Shown piece after piece: positions 1 through 10,126 of a stretch of DNA of 64,000 bases; the stretch's first letter is position 1; every line of letters begins with the position of its first letter. The notes under the pieces are model-generated. The model was not told the DNA's origin. It did no database searches and was given only the letters and a program-made list of their open reading frames with translations. The stretch is from an uncultured Armatimonadetes bacterium (GTDB lineage Bacteria; Armatimonadota; Hebobacteria; Hebobacterales; Hebobacteraceae): contig OY970296.1 of NCBI GenBank assembly GCA_963716175.1, positions 2,816,001-2,880,000 on the forward strand. Direction: 5' to 3'. A program made the translations under genes and the position numbers.

Positions 1-369
1 CTGTCGCTCGCCTTCTCCGCCCTGGAGGAAGAGCTGTCGTCACTACTGGCCGAGCGCGGAGTTCGCACTGAGGCCGCCACGCTGCCCGGCACGCACCGCC
101 TGCTCGATCTGCCCGGACTCATGCGGGACCTGACACCATATCTCGCGGAGCGGCTCCCGAAAAGCATCCAGTGCGGTCTGTCCTTCGGCCAGGACCGCGA
201 TCGATGCTGCTTCTGCCTGGGAGAGGAGCGGGCCGACCTGGAGCTAGGGGCCTCGGTGGAACTGGTACTGGGCAGTCCCCGGGCACCGGTGGTAGGACGG
301 CAACTGGGAGAGGTGTTGGCGCAGGTATTCCCGGTGCCGTTCCCCACACCTGGGATGAACATGGTGTGA
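1..369 (+). CDS. 3' part of a gene running off the window edge; possibly GNAT-family acetyltransferase C-terminus
   Basis: Frame 1 is open from base 1 to TGA at 367-369 and ends FPVPFPTPGMNMV; a short hairpin ATGGGA-ACGCA-TCCCAT follows. Family guess rests on the C-terminal pattern only. Confidence 0.45.
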   Translation: MSLAFSALEEELSSLLAERGVRTEAATLPGTHRLLDLPGLMRDLTPYLAERLPKSIQCGLSFGQDRDRCCFCLGEERADLELGASVELVLGSPRAPVVGRQLGEVLAQVFPVPFPTPGMNMV

Positions 370-440
370 CGGATGGGAACGCATCCCATTGCGCCAATCG
401 CAGTCACGCCCTGAGCGGCCAGGAGGTCGTGGGGCCCCAG

Positions 441-665
441 TGTGTGGGTGTCAGACGGCGATGGAACCGGTCTGGGACACCGACAGCAAGGAGACAGAGC
501 CGCCGACAGGGGACAGCGAGTCGGCCTCCACCGCGGACGCAGCCTAGCTAGGCATATGTGGGATTACCGCGTCAGCATTCCCCCGGCCCGGCTGTCTGCA
601 GTTGCGCCTGTGAGAGTGAGCGCAGACCCTGCTAGGTGGTTCCATCGCCGCCTGACACCCACACC
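441..665. mobile_element. MITE-like element with 27-bp terminal inverted repeats
   Basis: GTGTGGGTGTCAGACGGCGATGGAACC (442-468) and GGTTCCATCGCCGCCTGACACCCACAC (638-664) differ by 1 mismatch. The TGTGTGGGTGT terminus matches the IR of the IS at 57122-58638. Confidence 0.6.
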
Positions 666-870
666 TGGACTGAGCGGGCCTGCCCGTGATCGCCACCTTG
701 GCCTGGCTGCTGCGCCGGGCCGACGCGTGCGACCCGCTGTGCATTCGCGACGGAACCCCGTGCAGTGATTCCGCGCCGAGGGAGTAGCCGGAGTCGGGGG
801 GTGACCGGGGTGCCGAACCGCGCTCTCATCTGGGTATGGCGGAGTGCGGGAGATAGCCGACCCAGGCAAG

Positions 871-915
871 CCCACAACCCGCTCAAGGCGGCCCTACTGG
901 CACCCAGCACACGCA
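871..915. mobile_element. Solo IS-end remnant related to the end of the IS at 8706-10101
   Basis: CACAACCCGCTCAAGGCGGCCCTACTGGCACCCAGCACACGCA resembles CACAGCCCGCTCAGAACGGTCCTACGGACGCCCAACACCCGCA (10059-10101). Confidence 0.45.
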
Positions 916-961
916 GGATGCTTCGATCCGAACGCCCTCGTGGGCTACGCCGTGTATGACG

Positions 962-3529
962 TCATCCCGCTCGCACCACCTTGACATCCTCGGCCCCGAT
1001 CTTAAGGCTCAGCCGCCCTCCCGGCGCGTCGAGCTTTTCGCCGGAGAGCACCTCCGTCAGCGCCGCCGGCGCCGAGTCGAAGCTGACCGTCGTCCGCTGC
1101 ACCGTGTCGCTATCATTGAAGAGGGTGAAGTACATCTGCCCGCCGGACTTGCCAAAGCGTTCCACGTACACCTTCGGGTTGTCTGATCGCGCTAGCGTCA
1201 CCGGTTCCCAACCGGCCGCGCTCAGCGTCTTGATCACGGGGATGTAGGTCTTGAACAGAGGGCGGTCACGGTCGTACAGCTCGGGCCGCCGCCAGTACGG
1301 GTCATCCGAGGCATTGTGACTGAAGAAGCTTGGGAAGATGCCGTAGGCGGCCGACCGCTTCATGTATCGCTCCACCCACTCCTTGGGGAATTGCTCGAAG
1401 CGCGTGTTCTGCAGGAGCAGGTAGGGCCGCTGGTAAGAGAGCGCCCGGAAGTAGCTGAGGGTCTCGTCCGATGGCGGTGAGTACTTCCCCCCAGCAGCCC
1501 AGCTCATCTCGATTCCCATCACGTCGAACCAGGCACAGCCCCAGGGGAACTCAATGGGAAGCGAGTTCGCGAAGGTCATGAGTTGTCGCCCCCACATGCG
1601 TCGCGCCAGGTCCTTTGCGAATTCCGTCGTGTTGAAGATCCCCAACTGGCAGACGCGCCCCTGCCGGTCAAAGACGAGCGGCGTCTCGGCGCTACGGAAG
1701 TGCTCGCGCCGGTAGTTTCGTTGGCTCGCAGCCATCTCGAAGCTGTCCACGTAGACCCCACTGAGCTTGGGGTTATCCCGGAGCGATCGGTTCACGGCCT
1801 CCCAGTTCAGGCTGTACTTGGCATCCTGCCCCGTTCGGCCCAGCGCCGGGCTCGGGTTCAGGTAGTAGACGACGCCATCGCACCAGGGCGTGTTTCGGAT
1901 GTCGCCGACCCAGTTGCCCTGGGAATCCTTCTCAGCGGAGACCATCGCGGCCTTTGCCTCCTGCTGGCCCGCCGCTGCCTGTTGCTGCGCGTAGGCGAAG
2001 GCGCTCTCCGGCGTGCGTTCCACTTCCTTGGGCAGCGCCAGCCACCAGCTCATCGGCTCGATGTAGACGAAGGTGTTGATGCCGTGCGCGCTGTCGAAGG
2101 GGACATTATCGTCGCCCTCCTTGAACTGAAAGCCGAAGTCCTCCCAGCCTTTCACCGTGGCGATGTCGGAGAAAGGCATCCAGATACCTTCCCGCGTGTT
2201 GCGCTTGGTGAAGCACTGCGGGAAGAGCTGGTAGTAGGTGGCCAGCGCGGAGCGAAAGCCCCAGCTGGGATCCGGCCGGTAGAGCACCAAGCTGAAAGTT
2301 GCGGAAGAGGGGAACTTCGCGGTCTCCTTTGAGAGCCCGAGATCGAAGGCCGCGTACAGCTCCTTCGAGCTGGCGTCGTATCCGAACCGCACCAGTCGGG
2401 GCACGTCCAGCGGCACCGCCATCGCCACCGCGTCCCGCGGGCCGGCGATGCACGCCAGGGGATAGCGCGAGGCCGAGCCATTTGCGCCGGCCCCAATGTT
2501 CCCGACGTTCTGGTACTTCTGCCCCGCCTCGATTCGCCGTGCCCTCCTCTGATCGTCGTACCAGTTCCACCCGATGGCGTCCACCGGATAGGTGAAGTAG
2601 ACTGTCACCGCCCGGTCCCGGCCGGTGAGGGCCTGCACCGTGCCATCGATACGAATGCTGCCGACATCTCCGGCCCGATAGCTCACGGTGAGCCCCAGTT
2701 CCAGGCGGGCCTCCCGCGCCTCATAGACAGCGCCGCCGGCAGTCCTGTGCCCGTTGCCCTGGGGCCGGTAAAAGCTCGAGTTAGCGGCTGCGTCGCGGAG
2801 CAGGAAGCCCCCCACCGCGTCCGTGACGACGCCACCGTCCTGGGCGAGGCGCAGCACGAAGCCCGGCGCCTTTCCCACCTGGAGCGTCACCGCCGGCAGC
2901 TTGGCCGACTGGCGGACGGTCTGCACCGGGATGGCGTCGAACTGATCAATGCCGTCGGCGGCGTCTGCGCTCCACAGGCGGAAATCGTCGAACCAGGCCG
3001 TACCAGAATGGTTGCGGAAGATCCCGCAGACGTTGATCGCGCACACCGGCTTGGAGGGGATGACCGTGACCGTGGGCTTCTGCCAACCGTGCGTTCCCGT
3101 ATCGAACGGCGCCGTCTGACCCCAGAGAGGAGTGCCGTCGACGTACTCCAGGTCCAGGTAGAGGGAGTAGTCGTTGTCCGGTCCGCCGGAGATCTTGCTG
3201 GCTCTGCTCCAGCACTCGACCGTGATGGGGAGCGCGGCCTTCTGGTCGAGCTGAAGGCGATACACGAGGCCGCGCTGGTCCTCGGGGGAGGCATTGGCGC
3301 AGCGGGCGCAGTAGCGGCCGGAATGCGGGGCCTCTGCGTCCACCTCATACCCCGACTCCCACTTGCTCCAATGGGCAAAGTCGCCACCCGAGACGCTTGC
3401 TAGGTTACCATTCTGCAGGCGATCTGCGCCCGCAGCCATCGAAAATGAGAGAGCCTTCTTCATCACGGTGCCATGGGCGAACACATTGGTGCTTGAGAGT
3501 AGGATGAGCAGCAGCAGGCATAGTCTCAC
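962..3529 (-). CDS. Secreted putative glycoside hydrolase with N-terminal CBM4/9-like carbohydrate-binding domain
   Basis: 855-aa ORF; signal peptide MRLCLLLLILLSSTNVFA; galactose-binding-like motifs (GTHGWQ, GTAWFDDFRL); TIM-barrel-like 'LSGVYVDS'; last gene of a glycosidase operon. Confidence 0.65.
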   Translation of the reverse strand: MRLCLLLLILLSSTNVFAHGTVMKKALSFSMAAGADRLQNGNLASVSGGDFAHWSKWESGYEVDAEAPHSGRYCARCANASPEDQRGLVYRLQLDQKAALPITVECWSRASKISGGPDNDYSLYLDLEYVDGTPLWGQTAPFDTGTHGWQKPTVTVIPSKPVCAINVCGIFRNHSGTAWFDDFRLWSADAADGIDQFDAIPVQTVRQSAKLPAVTLQVGKAPGFVLRLAQDGGVVTDAVGGFLLRDAAANSSFYRPQGNGHRTAGGAVYEAREARLELGLTVSYRAGDVGSIRIDGTVQALTGRDRAVTVYFTYPVDAIGWNWYDDQRRARRIEAGQKYQNVGNIGAGANGSASRYPLACIAGPRDAVAMAVPLDVPRLVRFGYDASSKELYAAFDLGLSKETAKFPSSATFSLVLYRPDPSWGFRSALATYYQLFPQCFTKRNTREGIWMPFSDIATVKGWEDFGFQFKEGDDNVPFDSAHGINTFVYIEPMSWWLALPKEVERTPESAFAYAQQQAAAGQQEAKAAMVSAEKDSQGNWVGDIRNTPWCDGVVYYLNPSPALGRTGQDAKYSLNWEAVNRSLRDNPKLSGVYVDSFEMAASQRNYRREHFRSAETPLVFDRQGRVCQLGIFNTTEFAKDLARRMWGRQLMTFANSLPIEFPWGCAWFDVMGIEMSWAAGGKYSPPSDETLSYFRALSYQRPYLLLQNTRFEQFPKEWVERYMKRSAAYGIFPSFFSHNASDDPYWRRPELYDRDRPLFKTYIPVIKTLSAAGWEPVTLARSDNPKVYVERFGKSGGQMYFTLFNDSDTVQRTTVSFDSAPAALTEVLSGEKLDAPGGRLSLKIGAEDVKVVRAG

Positions 3530-3531
3530 AG

Positions 3532-6253
3532 TTAGGCTCCTGGTGGTAGGGCCTCTGGCGACCCGGACCCACGCTCGCGCCTGAGAATCGGTTTGCGCTT
3601 CTCCGCGGCGGCGGCCGTCACCGCCACGATGCGGGCGCCGCTCTCCAGCAGGGCGGGCGCGGGCACGAAGAGCAGCTCACGAACCTTCCGCTCCGGGTAG
3701 GGGTTGCCCCATTCCCGCACTAGGTAGCGGCCGCCGTGGGATTCGACTAGCCAGCATGGGTCATCGAGACGAACGGGCAGGGAGGCGACATCGGCAGACA
3801 GCACCTCTCTCCCATAACGGACCGGGATGGGTTCCATTGTGCCGTCCTCATATCGCACCTGCCACTCACCCAAGGGAGTCCCGGCCGAACTCATGTGATC
3901 ACTGGTCATAGCTAGATAGAGTGCCACGATCTGCGCACCTACTGGGAGACGCGTGGCGCGCTGGGCCAGCGCTCGGTCGAGATCCTGCCGCTTCCCACCG
4001 CGTTCGAGCAGGAAGTGGATAGTGTCGCCCGGATGTAGCGCCTGCAGCGCGGCCGCCGCTTCCTGCGCACCCTGGTGGACGGAGAGCACGTAGCCATCAG
4101 GAGGGATGGCGGCGTTCCCAACGCCGGTCTGCACCTCTGCCACCTTGCCCCCGCGGACGGTCACCTCCACGCCGTACTGGTTGGTCTGGGTGTGGCCATC
4201 GCCGTAGCCGGGATGATAGAGCACTAGCTGGTCGGCCCCTCGGTCGGTGTCCTCGCCCTCGATGCGGAAGGCGCGACCATCGGGCAGCTCGACTAGCAGC
4301 AGCATCGGTTCACTCCCCCCAAGCCACTGCCCCTGCGCGTCGAGCACCGTCACCCGGTCGCCGGGGTGAAGGGAGAGCAGCCGTTCGGCCTTGTAGCCAT
4401 CGCCCCCCGGGTGGGCCGAGAGCACGAAGCCACCCGGCGGAATCGCATGATCGCCGGCGCCTTCGTTGCTCACCTCCAGCACGACACCGTTCGCCGCCAC
4501 CATCACCTCGCAGCCATAGCTGTTCGTGCCGGTCCGCTCCTGCGGCGCGGCGTAGAGGATGAGTTGCCCTTCCCCTCTCTCGGTGTTCACCCCGTCGAGC
4601 GCGAGGGTAGGCCCGCCGGGAAGTCGCACCCGAGCGGCCCCCGCGGCGGACGTCAGCGGCTTGCTATTTTCCGGCAGAGGCGGGAGAACCACTGGGTGCG
4701 CCGTGTCCAGAGGCACGCCGAAGGACTGCTGGCGCGCGGCACTTACCCACTGGCGCGTGGGGCCAGTAGGAGAGAGCAACAGCGCGGTGTCACTGGGGAA
4801 CGCTAAGCTGTTACGGCGCCAGAGCACGCCGTTGACCGCGTGCTGGGCGGCCCCAGTGAGTTCCGGTTCCGGGCGCACCGCCGACGATGCAACCGATGCG
4901 TTCCACGTGGCCTGCGCGTAGAGCGCGGACACCGGGCTGAAGGTCGGCGTGGCGAAGCAGCCCGGCGGGTCGGCCCAGATCGTCCCCAGGGTAGGCGCCT
5001 GCCGCGCCGAGGCGAAGCGCACGAACGAGAAGGGCGTCTGCCATGGGCTGGCCCACACCGTGAAGCCCTGGGAGCGGAGGTAGTCCAGCCCGGGATAGGC
5101 CGGCAGCGGGTCGTAGAACCAGTAGTCCAGGATCACGTCCTTTGGGATCTTGGCGAGGGCCGCGGCTGTGTTCTGTGGCGGACCGCCGTTCGCGGGGCCG
5201 GCCGGCGCGCCCAGTTCCTTCTCCAGATCCGGCGAGATCAGCATGTCATGCCAGATCACCATCTTCACCCCACGTGCCTTCAGGAACGAGTCCACTCGCT
5301 CGATGTGCCGCGCCAGGAGCGTGGTCACGTCATAGCTCTCGGCCGAAAGCCAGGTGAACAACTCCCACGCCTCGTCCATGCCGCAGTGGAAGTACTCTAC
5401 CGGGCCGTACACGTCGAGCATCTCGAAGAGAACCGGATAGATGAACTTGTCGTAGGTCTCGTCATTGCGGATATCGAGGCCGCCGTGTTGCGTATACGGC
5501 ACCTTCTGATAGCCCCGGTCAACGTGCCCCAGCAAGTTCAGGTAGCCCATCGGTCTGATCCCCAGGCTCCACCGCGTACTCCACCACCTCGCGCGCCTGG
5601 GCCTTGGTGAACCGCTGCCCCTGTGCCATGGTTGGATCGAAGTTGAGCACCACCTGGGGCCCGAACTCCATCGCCACATAGGTGATGTGTTGCCGCGCCA
5701 GCAGCTTCAGCGTCTGCCGGTAGTCCTCGAGACTGTGGACCCACGCGCCCTCGATCATGAAGGCCCGGAAGGTGGTGTCCGGCCAGTCACGTATCCCGGG
5801 GATGGTCACCAGGTAGCCCTCTGGCGTCCGGCGCGCCTGTCCCAGAAGCACCGCCAGTGTATGCACCGCCCAAAACGCGCCCTGCGCGTCATGCGCCTCC
5901 AATGACACCTCACCACGCCACGCCGCGACCGTGTACTCCTCAGGCCGAGTGAGATCCCCCGGCGCCAGCGCCAGCCGGATCACTGTTCCGCGCTTGCCCG
6001 TTGCGGCCTGGGGGCCGAACAGCGTGTCCACCTCCCGCCGCATCAGCGCGGCCGGGCCCGCCAACTCGGCCGAGGCCTCCACCCGGATCGGCAGTCGCAC
6101 CTGCAGCTCCGTGGCCGGTCTGACCTCCCGCGGCTGCGGCCAGAGCAGCGAAACGGGATCGCTCCAGGACGATGAGGCCGCGCCGGCCGGCAATGCCGCG
6201 AGTGCGCTCAACCCGATCATGACAGCGACAGCGAAGAAGCCCTTCTCTGACAC
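3532..6253 (-). pseudogene. GH20-type beta-N-acetylhexosaminidase split by a frameshift near 5572 (or a sequencing error)
   Basis: GTG at 6253 with AGGGGAG RBS and signal peptide; GH20b N-domain (LWPQPREV..EEY..GAFWAVHTL..IRDWPD) in one frame. Catalytic part (SLGIRP..LLGH..FHCGMDEA..MVIWHDM) continues in another frame. Two C-terminal 'TNxYGxEV..IPPxGxVLS' repeats. Confidence 0.75.
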
Positions 6254-6421
6254 AGCGCTCCCCTGGAGACGGCTCAGATACTGCTGACTTCGCCAGGCAA
6301 GGGGATATCCTCCTCTCCCGCGCAGCCCACCAGCCGGTTGGCACTGGAAACTCGGCTGATCCGGTGGCATGGGAAGCCGCGGTTTGACATGGTGGGACAG
6401 AGGCGGCGATGACGGCACCCG

Positions 6422-8629
6422 CTATCGTCTGTGTACTTTGTAGGCCACGTCGGTGGTGAGTCCCGGCGGCGTGGTGATGGTGATACGGCCGTCGGTTGAC
6501 GTCACATCTGACCTGCCGACGACGGCGCCGGTGGCCGTGTCCCACTGTTCGATGCGGTAGGCGCCCGGAGCGAAACCAGCCAGGACGATCTCGCTGGGGT
6601 TGACGGCCTTGGGCGCGATGCCGCTGCGATGGTTCCACCAAGTGTGCTCCTTATTCTGCACCCACACCAGAGCCGAGGCGGCGTTCGCGAGTGCCAGGAC
6701 GCGGAGGTCCGGCCCGTTCAAGTAGTTCGTGAGGCGATAGGAAACGTAGAACCAGTCCGCCCCGGTGTCTTCCACGGTGATAGTGTGAGGGCCGGCCGGA
6801 ACCTCTATGGTGTACGCCCGGTCATACTGGCGCATGGTTCGGTGATCGTCGGGCGACGTGTCTGGGAAGTCGGCGGTGAGAAGCTTCGCGCCGTCGCGGG
6901 AGATGGTGAGCGCGGCGCCCCCGTAGCCAGAGACGCCGGAGACCAGCACCTCGAAGGTGCCGGCCGCGGGGTAGTTCACCTGGAAGGTGGTGGGGTTGTG
7001 CCAGCTGGGATGGTTCATCACTCCGTGCAGGACGCGGCTGAGAGACTCGAAGTTGGCGACGCTGCCGTCATTGCGGACCGTACACGTCTGCGGCCGATTG
7101 TAGACAGAGCCGTCGCCCCAGCTCTCCCCAGGTGGCTCGATAGTGGTGCTGGCATACGTCTTCGGATTCTGGCCTGGGTCATACTGCACGGTGGCGGGTG
7201 CGGGAGAGTAGTCCTCCTTGGGCCAGTCAATGCCGGCCACGTAGGCGGCGATTGGGCTGAACTCGCGATAGAGCTGTCTGGGCTCCACGTAGTTGTCCCA
7301 CCACCAGAGCATGGCGGTGCCCGCGGAGAAGGAGTGCACGGCCGCCCACAGGCCGTTGTGCAGGTGAATACCCTCGGTGTCGGTGGTGTCGCCTCTTCCG
7401 GTCACATCGGCCCCGAACTCGCCGAAGTAGTGGGGCTTGTGATATCTCGCGGCCTTATCGAGATCAACGGAGCTCACCGTGCCGGCGAGGTCCTTGGAGC
7501 CATAGCTGTGGGACTGCACGAAATCCATCTCGGGCAGGCCGTCCACCGCCGGATCACCTGAGGTGTCGCCATAGCTGGTGGTCATGAGGTGCGCCCAGGG
7601 ATCAATGGAGCGAAGATACCGGCCCATCTCCCGGTGCCAGGCGGCGATGTTGGCGGAGTTGTACCCAGTGACACCGTCCACCTCGTTCCAGAACTCCCAG
7701 GCGAAGACGGAGGTGCTATATCCCCACCTAGCGACCAGATACCGGAGGCGCTGCTGGAAGAAACGCCTGGCCTCGGCGTCGGTGAAGAAGTCGGCTGGCG
7801 CGGCGCAGGGGCCGCCGTTGGCCTGGTTGGAGGGATACCGGCTCCAGTTGCCGTCCTCGCCCCCGGCGGCCAGGGAGTTGAAGGACTCTATGCACATCAG
7901 GGCGCGAATGCCCAGGCGCTCGCCCAGGTTCAGGATATAGTCTATGCGCCACGAGGCCTGCTGATCGTAGCGGCCCAGGCCGTTGCCTTCCCCGAGATGT
8001 TCCAGGCCAAGCTTGTTCCAGTCGTTGATCAGCCAGAGCCGGAGATAGCTGGCGCCGTGGCTGCCAAGACCGCCCATCCAGGTGTCGTAGTCATAGGTTC
8101 CACCTTCTCCGGGCCAGCAGACATTCTCTCCGATGGGGAAGTACGGCGCGCCGGAGTCGAGCTGAAAGTAGGACGGTGAGGCGCTGCGGCGGACGTAGCC
8201 GCCGCTTTCCGAGGCGCCCACGGAGAAGGCACCCGCGCCCAGACGCCGCAGGCCCGATGCATCCCGGACGGTGACTTCATAACGATAGCGCCCCACCTCC
8301 CCCCAGGCGAAGCGGATCTTGAACGCAGGCATGCCGGAGGCGGTGAGGATCTCGCGCCCGTCTGCGTCCCGCGAGCGCACAAACGGCTGGTAGAAGAACC
8401 CGGGCACACGAACGGTTTGGCCGGAGGGAGCGGTGAAGACGCCGACAATGTCAACCTCAGCCGGATCGTAGGGGTTCCCATAGAGGCCGGGGGATGAGAC
8501 GGTCAACTCGATCTTCTGAAAGCGGCCGACCGAAGACGCACTCTGACTGACCAGTTGGGCGTTTGCTGCAGGAAAGGCCAAAAGTACTAAGACGATAGCG
8601 GCCGGGAATGGTGCGAAGGGCTTCTTCAC
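6422..8629 (-). CDS. Secreted DUF5060-domain clan GH-A (GH5-like) glycoside hydrolase
   Basis: Signal peptide; NPYDP..F.APSG..VPGF N-domain; acid/base WEFWNE and nucleophile YFGEFG motifs. Confidence 0.8.
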   Translation of the reverse strand: MKKPFAPFPAAIVLVLLAFPAANAQLVSQSASSVGRFQKIELTVSSPGLYGNPYDPAEVDIVGVFTAPSGQTVRVPGFFYQPFVRSRDADGREILTASGMPAFKIRFAWGEVGRYRYEVTVRDASGLRRLGAGAFSVGASESGGYVRRSASPSYFQLDSGAPYFPIGENVCWPGEGGTYDYDTWMGGLGSHGASYLRLWLINDWNKLGLEHLGEGNGLGRYDQQASWRIDYILNLGERLGIRALMCIESFNSLAAGGEDGNWSRYPSNQANGGPCAAPADFFTDAEARRFFQQRLRYLVARWGYSTSVFAWEFWNEVDGVTGYNSANIAAWHREMGRYLRSIDPWAHLMTTSYGDTSGDPAVDGLPEMDFVQSHSYGSKDLAGTVSSVDLDKAARYHKPHYFGEFGADVTGRGDTTDTEGIHLHNGLWAAVHSFSAGTAMLWWWDNYVEPRQLYREFSPIAAYVAGIDWPKEDYSPAPATVQYDPGQNPKTYASTTIEPPGESWGDGSVYNRPQTCTVRNDGSVANFESLSRVLHGVMNHPSWHNPTTFQVNYPAAGTFEVLVSGVSGYGGAALTISRDGAKLLTADFPDTSPDDHRTMRQYDRAYTIEVPAGPHTITVEDTGADWFYVSYRLTNYLNGPDLRVLALANAASALVWVQNKEHTWWNHRSGIAPKAVNPSEIVLAGFAPGAYRIEQWDTATGAVVGRSDVTSTDGRITITTPPGLTTDVAYKVHRR

Positions 8630-8705
8630 GTTGTACCCCTTAGCTGGGTGAGCTGCGGCCCCACACCAGTGAGCAGGATGCTTCGGGCAACGAACTCGCG
8701 CCGGC

Positions 8706-10101
8706 TGCGGGTGTTGAGGCCTCGTGAGACCGCAATCTGGGCAGGATACTGGCCATCGACGCCGCTCAGGCAGCCAGCTCGTAGACAGTGATTCGCTGCT
8801 CAGGGAAGTGCCGCAGCCGGATCGGGCGCTGGAGCGTCTTCGCCGAGCGATCGGGCTTCTGCCAGCTGCCTCCCGCGTAGATCATCGAAGGAGTCGCGCC
8901 GCCCAGCCGCCGATGGCACCGGTGCTGGTCGTAGTACACTTCGAAGTCCACCAGCAGTTTGCTCAAGTGATCCAGTCCCCGGATGAGCGGCACCCGCGCC
9001 AGCCACTCCCGCTTAAGCGTCCAGATCAGCCTTTCTGTCACCGCGATAGAACCATGCTTGCCCACTGCACCGAGGCGATGCTTGATGTCCCAATCCGTGA
9101 GCAGCTTGGCGAACACCTCGCCCATGAAGATACCCTCCTGGTCGCTGATTAGGTGCTTCGGGGGTCCATGGCGCAGGAAGGCCTCTTCCAGCAGCTCCAC
9201 CACCCAGCCGGCATTGGGGCCTTCCAGCGGGGCGATGGCCGTCACCGCCCGGGAGAAGTGATCGATGGCTACCAACACCCACGTGGGCCAGACTCCCCAG
9301 CGCCACACCCGGGTGCGGTCAACCGACCACACATGGTTGGGATAGCGGGCGATGATCTGCCGCGGCTTCCCCGCCTCCTTTGCCTGGGCGGGCGCGGGAG
9401 TTGATGCCTGCGGTTTCGGGCGCAGGAGAATGTCCCGGACGGTGGTGGCGGAGATGAACACGCCCAGCGCCCACAGCGTCATCGCCATCCGATGCCGGCC
9501 CCACATCGGGTTCCGAGCGAAGATATCCCAGATCAGCTCCGCGATCTCCCTGGGCGTCTTGTTGACGGGCTCGGCAGCCCTCCGGCGACCTCCGACCTTG
9601 CCCTCTTGGAAGGCTCTGAGCCAGCGGTGAACACTTGAGCGAGCCACACCGAAGGTATCCTCGACCCTCCTTTTCGGGATCTGGTAATACCCGATGAGCC
9701 AGAGAAGGCGCAGGCGATCCAGCAGCGGATAGGGCCGTCGCGGCCGCTCCTTCCCGAGCCGTCTCTCCAGCACCTCCAGGCGCGCATCCCGGAACGCCAC
9801 CGCGTCCTCCAGCCTCATGACGCGTGCCTCCAGCTGCGCCACCCGTCCCGCCTCCCCGCGGGCGCAGGCCCGTTCCAGGCTGAGAGCTCTACTGCGGGCC
9901 GCCCACCGGGCGCTCACCACCAGCGCCCGCACCATCAAAGACACCGATGCTTCGTAGATATCCATCTTGCCGACTCCCCAAGAGAAGAGGGAACGGCAAC
10001 CGAAGGCGCCGCTCACCGGTCCCAGATCATACCGGAAGGGAGTCAGCAAAGACAGGTCCACAGCCCGCTCAGAACGGTCCTACGGACGCCCAACACCCGC
10101 A
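8706..10101 (-). mobile_element. IS481/IS3-like insertion sequence (rve DDE transposase)
   Basis: Imperfect 27-bp IRs TGCGGGTGTTGAGGCCTCGTGAGACCG / TGCGGGTGTTGGGCGTCCGTAGGACCG; no target duplication seen. Confidence 0.75.
8766..9965 (-). CDS. Integrase-core (rve) DDE transposase
   Basis: HTH (FGVARSSVHRWL), WSVD..AIDHFSR..ISDQE..VTER triad; ends YELAA. Start taken at MDIYEAS by alignment to paralogues. Confidence 0.85.
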   Translation of the reverse strand: MDIYEASVSLMVRALVVSARWAARSRALSLERACARGEAGRVAQLEARVMRLEDAVAFRDARLEVLERRLGKERPRRPYPLLDRLRLLWLIGYYQIPKRRVEDTFGVARSSVHRWLRAFQEGKVGGRRRAAEPVNKTPREIAELIWDIFARNPMWGRHRMAMTLWALGVFISATTVRDILLRPKPQASTPAPAQAKEAGKPRQIIARYPNHVWSVDRTRVWRWGVWPTWVLVAIDHFSRAVTAIAPLEGPNAGWVVELLEEAFLRHGPPKHLISDQEGIFMGEVFAKLLTDWDIKHRLGAVGKHGSIAVTERLIWTLKREWLARVPLIRGLDHLSKLLVDFEVYYDQHRCHRRLGGATPSMIYAGGSWQKPDRSAKTLQRPIRLRHFPEQRITVYELAA

Positions 10102-10126
10102 AGCGGGAACACAGCTATACGCAGGT

